Shown: piece by piece, positions 40,807 through 56,274 of the stretch | How positions within the stretch are numbered: the first letter of the stretch is position 1 | How the letters are laid out: each line of letters starts with the position of its first letter | Assembly (NCBI GenBank): GCA_964016885.1 | Contig: OZ024745.1 | Location: 92,194,001 to 92,258,000 of the forward strand | DNA length: 64,000 bases | Source: Eledone cirrhosa | Lineage: Eukaryota | Reading direction: 5' to 3' | Notes under the pieces: generated by a model | What the model was told of the DNA's origin: nothing | Seen by the model: the letters and a program-made list of their open reading frames with translations, nothing else | The model's database searches: none | Position numbers and translations under genes: made by a program

Positions 40807-41976
40807 TCGTCCCAGATAGGCCCACCACAAGGTTTTGGTGTTTGGGAAGGCTTCAGAACAACCATTGTATTAAAAAAATAGAAAGAACTACAATAGATGA
40901 TGTACTCTTTGGTATACTATGTATGTCTGGAAGTAAGACTTGGAACAGTTTTGATGAGAGGTCGGAGATGTACTTAGTTAGGGTTGACCTAGAGCTAAAC
41001 AACTTCTGTTGCTCTACTTAGTGTCAGTAATAAAACAGAGAAGCTATTATTCCATCACTGGGGGAAGATTGACAGAGTCGGTAGAGCGACGGACAGGATA
41101 TTTTGTGGTATTTAGTTACGACTTTCAACGTTCTGAGTTCATATCCCGCCGAGGTCAACTTTACCTATCATCCATCCGGGGTCGATAAAATGAAGTACCA
41201 GTTAGTTAACGGGGGTCGATATAATCGACTTTCCTTTTCCCCAAATTTCTGGTTTTGTATCAATGTTTCGGGAAAGAATCGCTGGATAGATTTTACGGGC
41301 AAAACCAACCAGTAGGAGACTCAGGAGTATACCCTGAGCAAGATGGTTGGATAACATCCAACCGGATCAGTTAGAAACGGTTGCTTCTGACAGAACCTGC
41401 TGGAAGGAGTGTCTGAGGACTCTGCCCCCATGACCTTCTCAGGAATAAGTGGTGACAATGTTAAAAAGATTTATTACATCAGTGATATTACTCAGGTTGG
41501 TGATATCCAATGCATTGACTGACGGGGGTCAACTTCCTCACTCCTTATTGGTCTCTTTTTCTACCAGACTATACAGAATCATTAATTATGTTTTGTATGT
41601 CAGCCACTCTGATAGAATTACCGGTGCGATCCACACACACACTGCCTCCACCTCCCCCTCCCATTTCCACTCCCTAATAACGCCTCCGCATTCCATTACT
41701 ACTTCTCACACAAGAGTATCAAACTATTTTTCAGTTCGTCTTACTAACGGGTGCGGCCCCTAGTTCTGACAATGGATTGTTGCGTAATGTCTACAGTCTT
41801 TCCTAATTTAAGTTCATTACGTTCTTGTATTCACCACTAAACCGCAGTCTTAATACATTATATACGATTCCACAGCAGTATCATTTTTTTTTTGTTGTCA
41901 GACTTATATGTTTTTAAAAAGAGACAATTTTTACCCTATCTCTTTGGGATAATTGCTGGCCTTGTAGAAACAATTA

Positions 41977-42039
<63 letters not shown>

Positions 42040-42043
<4 letters not shown>

Positions 42044-42340
42044 AAAAAGGGATGAAATCGAAAATGCAACTGAAGTCTTATTTTTTTTTTAAATATATAT
42101 ATATTTATTTGGTTCCTTTACCGGTTTCGCAGTTCTTCTGCTTTTCAAAAGGTGAGTTGAGATGGAGGGTCTGTGGTTTTTCTCACTCAGATGTGAGAAA
42201 AACCACAGACCCTCCATCTCAACTCACCTTTTGAAAAGCAGAAGAACTGCGAAACCGGTAAAGGAACCAAATAAATATATATATATTTAAAAAAAAAATA
42301 AGACTTCAGTTGCATTTTCGATTTCATCCCTTTTTCTTTA
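42040..42340. mobile_element. Near-perfect ~300-bp palindrome carrying mirrored hammerheads
   Basis: Centre ~42189; + copy 42227-42264 CCTT-TTGAAAA-GCAG aagaa CTGC-GAAA-C CG GTA-AAGG. Confidence 0.82.
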
Positions 42341-42397
42341 TACTTCCACTCGTGTAGGACACCTCGGTTATTTTTCATTTTGTAAAAAAAACCTCAC

Positions 42398-42483
<86 letters not shown>

Positions 42484-43241
42484 TAAAATATATGATAAAC
42501 ACGAAACGTGTTTATCATATATTTTAATGTATTTAACTGCTCGGAAAAGCCCCTTTTCCTGGAGCTTAATTATTGTAAACGACTGAGAGTTTATTCTCAA
42601 AATATAATATAGTATATATATATATATATATATATAATTGTTTCTACGTTTGGCACAAAGCCAGCAATTATCCCAGTGCATTACTGGTACTTTATTTTAT
42701 CGACCCCATAAGGATGAAAGGCAAAGTTAACCTCGGCGTGATTTGAACTCAGATCATAAAGGGAAGTAACTCTACGCTTCAAAGCATGGCGTCCGACCCT
42801 CCGCCGATACTGCCAATCCACATAATGTTTACTGGAGATTATTTCATACATCCCTTTATGATCTGAGTTCAAATCACGCCGAGGTTAACTTTGCCTTTCA
42901 TCCTTACGGGGTCGATAAAATAAAGGACCAGTAATTCACTGGGATATAATTGTTTCTACTTTTGGCACACGGCCAGCAATTATCCCAAAGAGAAAGGGTA
43001 AAAATTGACTCTTTTTAAAAACAAATAAGTCTGACAAAACAAAAAAATTATATATATATATATAATAGTAATAATAATAAATGTGAAGACTAAAATCTAA
43101 AGAGGGCTCGATAAGGATAAATATATATCAAATATATAAGAACCCTAGAGCAAATATTTATTAAAATAACAGATTAAAGTTTAAGCAAAGAAGATCCCGT
43201 TAAGGGTGAGAGCAAGAATTATTTGCTTAAACTTTAATCTG

Positions 43242-43310
<69 letters not shown>

Positions 43311-43313
<3 letters not shown>

Positions 43314-43418
43314 TAGCAGATTTACCTGGCGTTGTCCGGGGTTTGAAATTATGCTAAGAATATACAAAGTTGTCCACAGACACACACACATCCTCGCTTT
43401 TATATATATAGAAGATAA
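43311..43418 (+). mobile_element. Short Helentron/DINE-1-like non-autonomous element
   Basis: Starts ACTAGCAGATTTACCTGGCGTTGTCCGGG and ends CAGACACACAC..CTTTTATATATATAGAAGAT, a typical layout. Confidence 0.45.
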
Positions 43419-43549
43419 ATTTGCTATCGATTTTTTATTGCTCAACGTGGGTCGATTTGAAAAATGTTTGTGATGTGACCATCTTAGCGACAGGTGCAAC
43501 GTGCACAGAACATTTTGCCAAATTCGGTTGGGAATTGTAAAAGCCTTAG

Positions 43550-44701
<1,152 letters not shown>

Positions 44702-44849
44702 CAGTGGTTACCTCCGATTCAACCCGGAATAACATACCTATATATATATATATATATATTGTTATATATATAGGTAAGTTATTCCGGGTTGAATCGGAGG
44801 TAACCACAGTAAGTAAGGTACTCAATACATAGCAGAGTATAAAAGTTTT

Positions 44850-44966
44850 AATATAGATGAGATTCTACAGGACTAGAACTGTTTCATTCTTTAGAAATCA
44901 TCAGGAATCTCAGGGATTCCTGATGATTTCTAAAGAATGAAACAGTTCTAGTCCTGTAGAATCTCA

Positions 44967-44973
<7 letters not shown>
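44850..44973. ncRNA. Palindromic insert with mirrored hammerheads
   Basis: + copy GATTC-CTGATGA-tTTC taaa GAAt-GAA ACAG ttctagtc CTGT A-GAATC; mirrored at 44860-44908. Confidence 0.72.
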
Positions 44974-45007
<34 letters not shown>

Positions 45008-45618
45008 AATATAAATTAGCGAGAATCGTATTTCGGCTTTGGAAATTAGCGAAAAACAACTTTCGAGATGTGTGGCAACCGCTCAATAATTCTGACGAAC
45101 CAGAGCTACAACATACGTTGAAAGGCCAAACACACTGAGGCGATGGTTAAACCATTATCCGCACAGCCATAGAAACGACCAAGTAATTCGGGTCAAACAA
45201 ATAAAAAAAATATGATTGAAAAATTTACCCGGACCCCTGGATGGTTGGTAAAAATCCAGCATTTGGGTTTCTGCGACTCCTAAATCAAGTACTGTCCGCT
45301 TAGACAAATAATGTTAGGCTTCTGGTAAGATGATTGAACAAGGAAGTCACTTTCTCAACAGGCTTTTAGTTCAAGTGCCAGGCCAAGGATTGACCGTTAC
45401 CAATACCCACGTGGGGCTCGACAAGGGAGGCAACCCTTATTATATAACGAAGAAAGTGGTAAGGAACCAGGTGGACCAAAACGCACCAGAGTACTCGATA
45501 CTTAGGGTACTAGAGTGGGTAATAGGAAAAGAGTCAAGACACCGACGGCTGAGCTCCGGCCGTTTCGACGGCTAGATCCGAACCGTTCGGAGTCGTGACT
45601 CTTTTCCTATATATATAC

Positions 45619-45674
<56 letters not shown>

Positions 45675-45691
45675 ACACACATACACGCATA

Positions 45692-45723
<32 letters not shown>

Positions 45724-46626
45724 TATATAAATATATATGATATATGGATATCTTCAGATTGACGAGGAACAGGTATGATTCTTATCTTCCGATAAGAATC
45801 ATCCCCCAAAAGACGCCAACTTCTAGATTGTACCCTGTCTCAAATTAAAACTATAAATCTTAATTATATTCATTCTACTTAAGTTAAATTCAACTGTCCG
45901 TTTTTTAATTTGACTCCTTCTTCCTCCCGTTTGACCTGTACGAAATTCTTTCCTTACTCACATTTCGACCAGGTTTGATGGTCTTTATTCTCTCTCGTCC
46001 ACGATTTCACAGAACTTATGTTCATCAATTTCAGGGACTTGATTCATTCTTCCTCAATTTTCGTTGCATTACCATCTTTGTTTGTTTACTATCTCGTTCG
46101 TTCCCCCTATTTACGTGTCCCAACGACTTTCTTTAGCCGTTGCTCGCACCAACCAGAGGTATATGGTCTTTAAAGCGATGAAATACTAATGAAGGCTGGA
46201 AGATCCACTGATGAAGGACTAAATGTATTCATATGTAACCCATTTGCAACCACGCAGCACGCCATGTTTTCATATTTTATATATATATATATATAACTTC
46301 AAGTTAACCCTGATCAAGAAAACCAATGATCAAATAAGACTGGGTCAATCAGGTGGAGAGTCGCGAATGTTATTTAACCTCAAGTTAACCCTGATCAAGA
46401 CCAATGATCAAACAAGACTGGGTGAGCCAATGTAGAGGGTTAGATGAACCAGTTGACGTAGACATATGATTTTTAAGGAGGCCTCCGTCCTTTAATTTTT
46501 TATTCTTTTATTCTGTTATGTTTCTTGTAAGCGTACCATGTATACTATTTGTACATCTATATACCCGCAACTTATACATAAATTATATATAATATATATA
46601 TATATATATAATATATATATATATAT

Positions 46627-47146
<520 letters not shown>

Positions 47147-47263
47147 GGCGTGTGGCCGAGTGGTTAGAGAATTGGATTCCTAATCGTGAGGTTGTAAGTT
47201 CGATTCCCGGACCGGGCGATGCGTTATGTCCTTGAGCAAGACACTTTAACACTTTAACACCCT

Positions 47264-47327
<64 letters not shown>

Positions 47328-47358
47328 AAGGTCCGATTTGACGAAAGTCGATCGACTG

Positions 47359-47422
<64 letters not shown>

Positions 47423-47544
47423 GTATAAGTTGCGGGTATATATATGTACATATAGTATACAAGGTGCGCTTACAAGTAGCATAAAAGAAGACAAAATTGA
47501 AGGACGGAGGCCTCCTTAAAAATAATATGTCTACGTCAACTGGT

Positions 47545-47855
47545 TCATCTAACCCTCTACATTGGCTCACCCAGTCTTGTTTGATCATTGGTCTTGATCA
47601 GGGTTAACTTGAGGTTAAATAACATTCGCGACTCTCCACCTGATTGACCCAGTCTTATTTGATCATTGTTAAATAACTTATATTCTAGACCCTCCACATT
47701 GACTTACCCAGTCTTATTTGATAATTGGTCTTCTTCATCGGGGTTTAATTGAGATTAAATAACTTTCTCGACCTTCCACTTGATTCATCCAGTTTTATTT
47801 GATCATTGGTTTTCTTGATCAGGGTTAATTTGTGGTTAAATAACTTATATTCTAG
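47545..47855. repeat. Degenerate ~65-70-bp tandem repeat (CCCAGTCTTATTTGATCATTGGT...GGGTTAA...), mirrored at 46296-46440
   Basis: Direct reading. Confidence 0.7.
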
Positions 47856-48103
47856 GTGCGTTTCATTGTTATGTAACGACATCAAAGCCAACTTATTTTA
47901 TGAGTATGTGTGCGTGCTTGCATTCTTGCGTGTGCGTGTCTATGTGAGAGTGCCTGGGGGAGAGAGTTAGAGGATGGGGGAGAGAAATCAATACTAAATT
48001 AATCTAGATTAATCGGTTTTAACCTAGATTCCAGTTAGTCTTTAATTGTTGTGCTGGATTTAAATGCAATGTCAATGACGACAGCAATAACAACAGACTG
48101 GTG

Positions 48104-48141
<38 letters not shown>

Positions 48142-48595
48142 GCTGCTGATGCTGATGCTGCTGCTACTACTACCACCACCGCCACCAGTGTGTTACTGGT
48201 ACTTTATTTTATCGACCCTGTAAGGATGAAAGGCAAAGCTAACCTCGGTGGGATTTGAACTCAGAACGTAAAGGGTCGTAAAACTGTGCTGCCAAGCTTG
48301 GTGACCGATGTTTTGCCGATACTGCCAATTCACTGCCCCAATAATGACAACACTTTCTCATTTAGACACAAGGCCAACACTTTTGGGGGAGGGAAAAGTG
48401 GAATAAGTCGATTAAATCGACCTCAGTACGTTACTGGTACTTTATTTTATCGAGCCCTGTAAGGATGAAAGACAAAGCTAACCTCAGCAGGATTTGAACC
48501 CAGACCGCGAAGGGCCGTAACTCTAAACTGCAAAGCATGTTGTACGACTCTACCGATACTGCCAATCAACCGCCCTAAGATAAATAATAATAATA

Positions 48596-48625
<30 letters not shown>

Positions 48626-48627
<2 letters not shown>

Positions 48628-48958
48628 TTTCTTTATTAACCACAAGGGTTTACATAAAGTAGACATTAAGGACAGTGCAGGACAATACAGGACGGTACAA
48701 ATGGGCATTTCTGCGTGTAAAAAACAAAAACAGAGGATGTAACAAAAAAATAACAATGAAAAATTCCCCAATAGGGGGGAGACTTCGGAGGGACATTTGT
48801 GGAGAAAGCCCAGTAAAAGGCCACAGTGACCCTGACCACCAAGGCAAGTGCCCTCTCCCAGTTTTCCACCTTTAATTTACAGATATATACTCAGAGTAGG
48901 CCCATTCACTCGGGCCATTCTTGCCTCTCTCATCCATCTTTCAACAAAATGCTGGGAA
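48626..48958 (-). mobile_element. 5'-truncated copy of Tx1-like LINE B, flanked by AAT repeats
   Basis: Highly similar to 8838-9182; (AAT)n on the left and AATAAT on the right. Confidence 0.92.
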
Positions 48959-49533
48959 TAATAATTGTTTCTACTTTAGGAACAAGGCCAGCAATTACCC
49001 AGTGCATTACTGGTACTTTATTTTATCGACCCCGTAAGGATGAAAGGCAAAGTCAACCTTGGCGGGATTTGAACTCAGATCATAAAGGGACGTAACGCTT
49101 TGCTGCAGACACTGAATATACAGTTTATTCTTTGAAAGTAAAAAGTTTATTTGAGAGAGAGAAAAACAACTGAAATCATCATAGAACTTGGAAGGATAAA
49201 TCCATGTCTGTGGATTGCCAGTATTGGTAGAGGGTCGGACGTTATTCTTTACAGCATAGAGTTATGGCCATTTACGGTTTGAGTTCAAATCCCGCCTAGG
49301 TTAGCTTTGTCTACGGGGTCGATAAAATAAAATACGAGTAATGCAGTGGGGTAATTGCTGGCCTTGTGCCAAAAGTAGAAGCAATTATTTTTGTGTGTTT
49401 CTGTCTTATTTGGTGTTTATCAATTCCATAGCGTTCTAATAAATTGGTAATTTGCATACGAGAGTGTCTAAAATATGATAGTTCTTTTTCATTTGATAGA
49501 AAAAAGAACTTATTTATGCATGTGTGATAGTAG

Positions 49534-49630
<97 letters not shown>

Positions 49631-49868
49631 TGTGTGTATAAAATGATACGAAACGAAAGGAGCTGTGTGGTTACTAAAAACAACAAGTTTTAGGATGGTG
49701 GTTAGGACGGAACAAGAAGAGAAATAATCTTTCGTCAGCTGTAAATATCCACGATCAGATGTTTCGGCGCTGAATTACAGGACATCTGTAGCGATCGGGA
49801 GCGCCCGAGACCTTTTATTAATCAAAAGACCAGCACCCACTTGTTTGTTCGCTTTTTTGTTTCCTTGG

Positions 49869-50063
<195 letters not shown>

Positions 50064-50066
50064 TAA

Positions 50067-50213
<147 letters not shown>

Positions 50214-50244
50214 TATATACATATATATATATACATATATATAC

Positions 50245-50275
<31 letters not shown>

Positions 50276-50403
50276 TATATATACATATAATATATGCATA
50301 TATATATATATATATATATATAAGTATCACCACTATCCAGTGATTTTCCAACCGATAGGGTATGATTTTCATGGGTATGTCCTTATTTATAAAACAAACT
50401 TTG

Positions 50404-50468
50404 TATTTTATCTGATGAAAGCGTACCAATGTTGTCTTGGTTGCCCTTGAAATATATATAATAAAATA
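50404..50468 (+). ncRNA. Type I hammerhead ribozyme
   Basis: TATTTTAT-CTGATGA-AAG..ACCAA..TTGGT..CTT-GAAA-T ATAT ATA-ATAAAATA; 8-bp stem I. Confidence 0.83.
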
Positions 50469-50512
50469 AATATGGTTTTATAAATATAGTTTCCATTTAT
50501 GTAATATCATTG

Positions 50513-50580
<68 letters not shown>

Positions 50581-50583
<3 letters not shown>

Positions 50584-50972
50584 GATTGGTGCTCTGAAAT
50601 AGCGATGTATACATGAATGTATGCATAGTATATTTGGCAATATACTGTATGTTTAATTAAACAAATTTTGAAGATCTTACGTTATCATTTTAGTGAATAT
50701 GTCACTTACTTCTTTTCGGCGAAAGAAGACAGAGAAACTAACAGTCTGTTTCACGCTGTTTGGCAATCATCAGAGCTACGTACTGCCCTCTTCCGCCGAA
50801 AATTATAGAAGCTGGATTCTTATAGAATTCCAGTAATAATCAGGAGCTGATTATACAGAGCGATTGCCGGTCCAGCAAAAATTAAATATTAGGATTGGTG
50901 CTCTGAAATAGCGATGTATACATGAATGTATGCATAGTATATTTGGCAATATACAGTATGTTTAATTAAAAA
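50581..50972 (-). mobile_element. Partial-tandem non-coding element (period 309) with a hammerhead motif at ~50737-50780
   Basis: TAGGATTGGTGCTCTGAAAT... at 50581 and 50890; minus strand GCT-CTGATGA-ttGC..GCGT-GAAA-CAGACTGTT-AGT. Confidence 0.75.
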
Positions 50973-51347
50973 ATTATATATATATATATATACATATAAT
51001 ATATGCATATATATGTACATACATATAATACATCTAAAATAATAGGGGAGTGGCTAGTATCAGTATTAGAACGTGTCTGGAGAGTACATATGTACATATA
51101 GGTTTACTAAGTACAAATATTATTTATGTAGGAGGAGAATTTAACGACCGAATCGAGTTCAGTAGATGATTGATGCTTATGTTATTGATATCGGCCTTGT
51201 TAATTTGGCAGGAATTACAAATGAGTTTATTTCTAGAAAATAAAAGCAACGATATTTTCATATACACGGGTTGAAAAATCCGTTCGGTGAAACGTCCGTC
51301 CTCCAGAATGGTCTGCTAATTTGTTGTGAAACTAACACACACACACA

Positions 51348-51383
<36 letters not shown>

Positions 51384-51509
51384 GTTGCAACTCGTTTCTA
51401 CAACTGAGGTAAACTGAGCAACGTGAAATGAAGTGTCTTGCTCAAGGGCACAACGCATCACAACCTTTCAATTGCAAACCAATGTTCTAACCTCTAAACT
51501 ATGCGCCTT

Positions 51510-51578
<69 letters not shown>

Positions 51579-51844
51579 CGGCGATGAGTTAGTTTTGCGA
51601 GGTTTTTTATATGAAATCGTGTGTCGAAACAGATATTGTTATATTTGGGGAGGGTCATATTTGCGTAATATTGCCAGAATTAATAACAGAACACACTCAC
51701 TGTTTGGTTGGTTTTCGCTTCTCGCTGTCTTTTATATATATATATCTGCGATCTAACTTACTCGGTCCTCAATGTTGCCATTGACTGACCGGCGGTCAAA
51801 AATAATACAGATACAATATAGACAAACACATATATATATAGTTT

Positions 51845-51885
51845 ACATAAATCTTTCGTTGCACATCTGCAACATCGTCAGTGGT
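51845..51885 (-). ncRNA. Hammerhead ribozyme motif in the Penelope 3' pseudo-LTR
   Basis: CA-CTGACGA-t-GTTGCA gatg TGCAAC-GAAA-GATTTA-TG, sense to the ORF. Confidence 0.75.
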
Positions 51886-52166
51886 GTTATATTCATTGTT
51901 CCTCCTGTTGTGTTGTATGTCTACGCCATTTTTTTTTTTTGTTCAGTCTGTCTATATATTTATTTATTTATTTGCTTGTTTGTTTATCTTATTTTATTTT
52001 GTCTTCTTTGCGCATGCGTTTGCGTGTGTGTATAGTGTTATGTGTGATGTGTGATGTGTGACTAGTGTGTATAGTGTTGTCTGCTGGGTGACTAGTGTGT
52101 GTTTATGTGCTTGTGTATGTATTTATTTATCTTATTTTATTTATTTAATTTAATTTACTTATTTAT

Positions 52167-54907
52167 TTATACTTCTCTTAGGTCAGTGTTGTTTGTTTGG
52201 GTGTTGTTGTTGTTCCACTCATTCTTTCTGTTTAGCTTTGGTCTTCTAATTTCTATTTCACTGGCCTCTCTGATTTGCCTATCTGCTGGGTCATTCCTAT
52301 GTTTAGATATTATTCTAATTTCTATGTTGTCTATGTTACCGTCATGATGTTGTCTAGCATGTTCGTATAGTACTGACCCGTTTTTTCGTCCTTTTAGTTC
52401 CCCCCAGTGTTGGTCTATCCTTTCACCTATGCTACGAGCTGTCTCACCTATGTATGTTGTTGTCGTGTTTCTGCAAGTACCCTCTGTACATCTTATGCTA
52501 TAGACTACGTTTCTAGTTTTACAGTTTATCCGGGGGTTCACCTTACATATGATACATTTCCTATTGGTACAGTGGGTTTTCTTAAAAGGGTAGGTTTTGC
52601 TGATCAGGGATTTTATGGTGGTTCCTGGCTTTTCTACCACCTTTATTTTTAAGTGGGTCTTTCTCAGGGCCTTTCTACACTGGTTAGCTAATTTCCCTCC
52701 AGGGGTGGCGTCCACAAACATGACACTCTGATATCTCTGGTTGTCGTACCATGATGTGGCCTTCCCTATCTTATGTCTAGCCCTATCTAAGCTATTCCAT
52801 GATTTGCTCCTGTATAGTGGGCAAATTCCTTTCATGTCCAGTTCTATGAGGGTCTTATACTTTTCCATGGCTCCTTCGCATACTCTGACTCTGTCTCTTT
52901 GGTTGTAGCCAGAGAACTGCATGCGGTTGATGAAGTGTTGGATGTGTCCTTCCATTTCTGTTGGGTCGCACATGCTGGACACATTCTTCATCACTCGTAC
53001 CAAATCTGCGATCAGAATATTAAACTTAGCACTACTGGACATTGCTGAGTTTTTGAGTATCAGGTATTTGGAGGCCATGGGTTTAGCATAGTGTGAGTGG
53101 AGAATTTGGGCTCTCTCGTCTATAGTGTTAATCCAGAGTTCTGTGTCTAATACAGGTAGTCTATTGTTAGGGTGTTTGGAAGGGAAGTCTATAGTTACAG
53201 TTATACTCTGGTGTATGGAATTAGCTATCTGCTGGATGCTTTCCATCGTGCTACGTTCTAAATCAAACTTGTTAGTGCTCTCTAGTGGGGGTGTTCTTAT
53301 AACTATATTGATATCGTCTACATAACGAGAGTACATGATGAGGTCTATGGAGCTTTCATTAAGGAGATCTTTAAGTCTCCTTTCCCACCATACCATGAAA
53401 AGGTTGGCAACATCGCCAGCTATGCTGACGCCGATGGCTGCTCCCTCATTTTGGGTGTAGATTTTCTCATTGAACTTAAATATGTGGCCCTTTAGGGTAG
53501 TTTTGATACTAGCCCCTATTGCATGTGCGACCATTTTTCTTACCTGATCAGTGTTTTGGGGGGTCCGTATAGCTTTGGTCCACCCAATCCACCTTCCTAT
53601 GGGAGTCTTTTTAGCCATTGAGGTTATGGTGGGGGGTCTACCTCTTATAGGTCTACTAGGGCAGAAACATCTAAGGTCATGGCTGTCTAGGTAGTCAGTG
53701 TCGTAGGTAAGTCTAAGTAGGAGGCCCAGTTCGTCTGTGTCGACGTCGCAGAACTCCACCTCACTCTCAATGATCATCTCCACACATCTTTTCACAGCAA
53801 AATCAATGTTAATGGATGGGTACAGTGACACCACATCCATGCTGCCTATTATGCAGTTGGATAGGCTCCTGTTTTTGTTGCACTCACTGATTCTGCTGAG
53901 GAGGTCCTCTGTACTTTCACATACATCTGGGGACATCTTGATTATGGGGCGTATAACCATTGAGAGGAAGTAGGAGATCCTGTAGTTGCTAGCTATATTA
54001 GCTCCGCATATAGGTCTTGTTGGTGGTCCTATTGTCGGGTCGTCGACTGTCTTGTGGTCTTTGCGGAGCCCATACAAGGGTGGTATGCCATTGTTAGACG
54101 CCTGGAAGTTGTTGGCAGTGCGTCTGCTTGGCTTTAGGATGTCAGTCCACATCATCATGTGAGCGTTGAGGATTTTTTCTCTCCCATCGTGTGTTAGTTG
54201 TGCAACTTCGCTCGTGTTGGTGATGTGGGGTTGCATTGCCTCGATGTAGTTCGGCATGCTATCTATTGACATCCTACCAGACTTATCTGTGGGTAGACAC
54301 ACTACCTCACCATCCCTTGTGCGCTGCTTGAGGCTAACCAAGCCTTCTACAGGTTTTATCCCAAGTTGTTGGGCCTCTGGTCTGCTCTGTCTCATAGTGT
54401 ACCTGTCTACTACTTGTCTAATCTTATTTCTAGCTATGGTGAACTGTGCCTCCGTCTCGTCATCTATTTGTTGTGGTATGCAAACTCTTTTATTAAAGGG
54501 TAACCTCGTAGGATAGATATTACCCATCTTATATGTTTTGTCAGCTGGGTTGAAAAATAGTTTCTCTAAGGGGTTGTCGTTATTTCTATCGTCATAGTTG
54601 TGTGTGTTGCTATTATTGTTATCATGGTGGTTGTTGTTGTTTCTATCCTTAGCATTAATATTATTATTGTTATGATTGCTAGATGTATTGTTGTTTACTT
54701 CACCGTTATTGTTGTTGTTACTGCTATTTCTACCACTGTGGTTGTTACTATTATTATGTTTCTTGTTTTTGTTGATGTTGCTACATGTACTATTTCCATT
54801 ATTACCACTGTGGTTATTGTTGTTGTTGTTGTTCGTATTGTTACCGTTATTACTACTGTGGTCACTGTTGCTGTGTCTGTGGTTAACGTTTCTATTATTA
54901 TTATTAT
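52167..54907 (-). CDS. Penelope-like reverse transcriptase with C-terminal GIY-YIG endonuclease (uninterrupted frame, true start lost at the inversion junction)
   Basis: PTDKSG, LYGLRKDHK, RPICG, SMDVVSLYPSI, GAAIG, RYVDD, LPVLD; Cys linker CTNRKCIIC; NVVYSIRC...YIGET..R..QH. Confidence 0.92.
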
Positions 54908-55724
54908 TGTGTCCAGCATGTGCGACCCAACAGAAATGGAAGGACACATCCAACACTTCATCAACCGCATGCAGTTCTCTGGCTACAACCAAAGAGACAG
55001 AGTCAGAGTATACGAAGGAGCCATGGAAAAGTATAAGACCCTCATAGAACTGGACATGAAAGGAATTTGCCCACTATACAGGAGCAAATCATGGAATAGC
55101 TTAGATAGGGCTAGACATAAGATAGGGAAGGCCACATCATGGTACGACAACCAGAGATATCAGAGTGTCATGTTTGTGGACGCCACCCCTGGAGGGAAAT
55201 TAGCTAACCAGTGTAGAAAGGCCCTGAGAAAGACCCACTTAAAAATAAAGGTGGTAGAAAAGCCAGGAACCACCATAAAATCCCTGATCAGCAAAACCTA
55301 CCCTTTTAAGAAAACCCACTGTACCAATAGGAAATGTATCATATGTAAGGTGAACCCCCGGATAAACTGTAAAACTAGAAACGTAGTCTATAGCATAAGA
55401 TGTACAGAGGGTACTTGCAGAAACACGACAACAACATACATAGGTGAGACAGCTCGTAGCATAGGTGAAAGGATAGACCAACACTGGGGGGAACTAAAAG
55501 GACGAAAAAACGGGTCAGTACTATACGAACATGCTAGACAACATCATGACGGTAACATAGACAACATAGAAATTAGAATAATATCTAAACATAGGAATGA
55601 CCCAGCAGATAGGCAAATCAGAGAGGCCAGTGAAATAGAAATTAGAAGACCAAAGCTAAACAGAAAGAATGAGTGGAACAACAACAACACCCAAACAAAC
55701 AACACTGACCTAAGAGAAGTATAA
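54908..55724 (+). pseudogene. Inverted duplicate of the ORF C-terminus (thumb, linker, GIY-YIG)
   Basis: Translation matches the minus ORF except VRVYEG versus VRVCEG. Confidence 0.9.
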
Positions 55725-56005
55725 ATAAATAAGTAAATTAAATTAAATAAATAAAATAAGATAAATAAATACATACACAAGCACATAAACACACACTAGT
55801 CACCCAGCAGACAACACTATACACACTAGTCACACATCACACATCACACATAACACTATACACACACGCAAACGCATGCGCAAAGAAGACAAAATAAAAT
55901 AAGATAAACAAACAAGCAAATAAATAAATAAATATATAGACAGACTGAACAAAAAAAAAAAATGGCGTAGACATACAACACAACAGGAGGAACAATGAAT
56001 ATAAC

Positions 56006-56046
56006 ACCACTGACGATGTTGCAGATGTGCAACGAAAGATTTATGT
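56006..56046 (+). ncRNA. Hammerhead ribozyme motif, mirror copy in the inverted arm
   Basis: CTGACGA at 56010, GAAA at 56034. Confidence 0.75.
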
Positions 56047-56274
56047 AAACTATATATATATGTGTTTGTCTATATTGTATCTGTATTATTTTTGACCGCC
56101 GGTCAGTCAATGGCAACATTGAGGACCGAGTAAGTTAGATCGCAGATATATATATATAAAAGACAGCGAGAAGCGAAAACCAACCAAACAGTGAGTGTGT
56201 TCTGTTATTAATTCTGGCAATATTACGCAAATATGACCCTCCCCAAATATAACAATATATATATATATATATAT

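Larger units (their letters stand above)
51633..56258 (-). mobile_element. Penelope-like retroelement (Neptune/Nematis-type linker), 5'-truncated, with an inverted duplication of its 3' 1.35 kb
   Basis: 51633-52983 is the reverse complement of 54908-56258; RT + GIY-YIG ORF; hammerhead in the 3' UTR; near or within (TA)n. Confidence 0.93.

Noticed and set aside
40012-40865. Mucin-like poly-Thr, poly-Pro or poly-His ORFs
   Set aside because: Stop-free trinucleotide tract open in several frames, with no flanking domain or clear splice context
49725-49815. Hammerhead at GGCGC...GCGCC-GAAAC (minus strand)
   Set aside because: No CUGANGA box in the required position; at most a truncated remnant
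54908-54992. N-terminus of the 941-aa ORF as a real start
   Set aside because: These codons are the antisense of the inverted arm; the genuine start was lost
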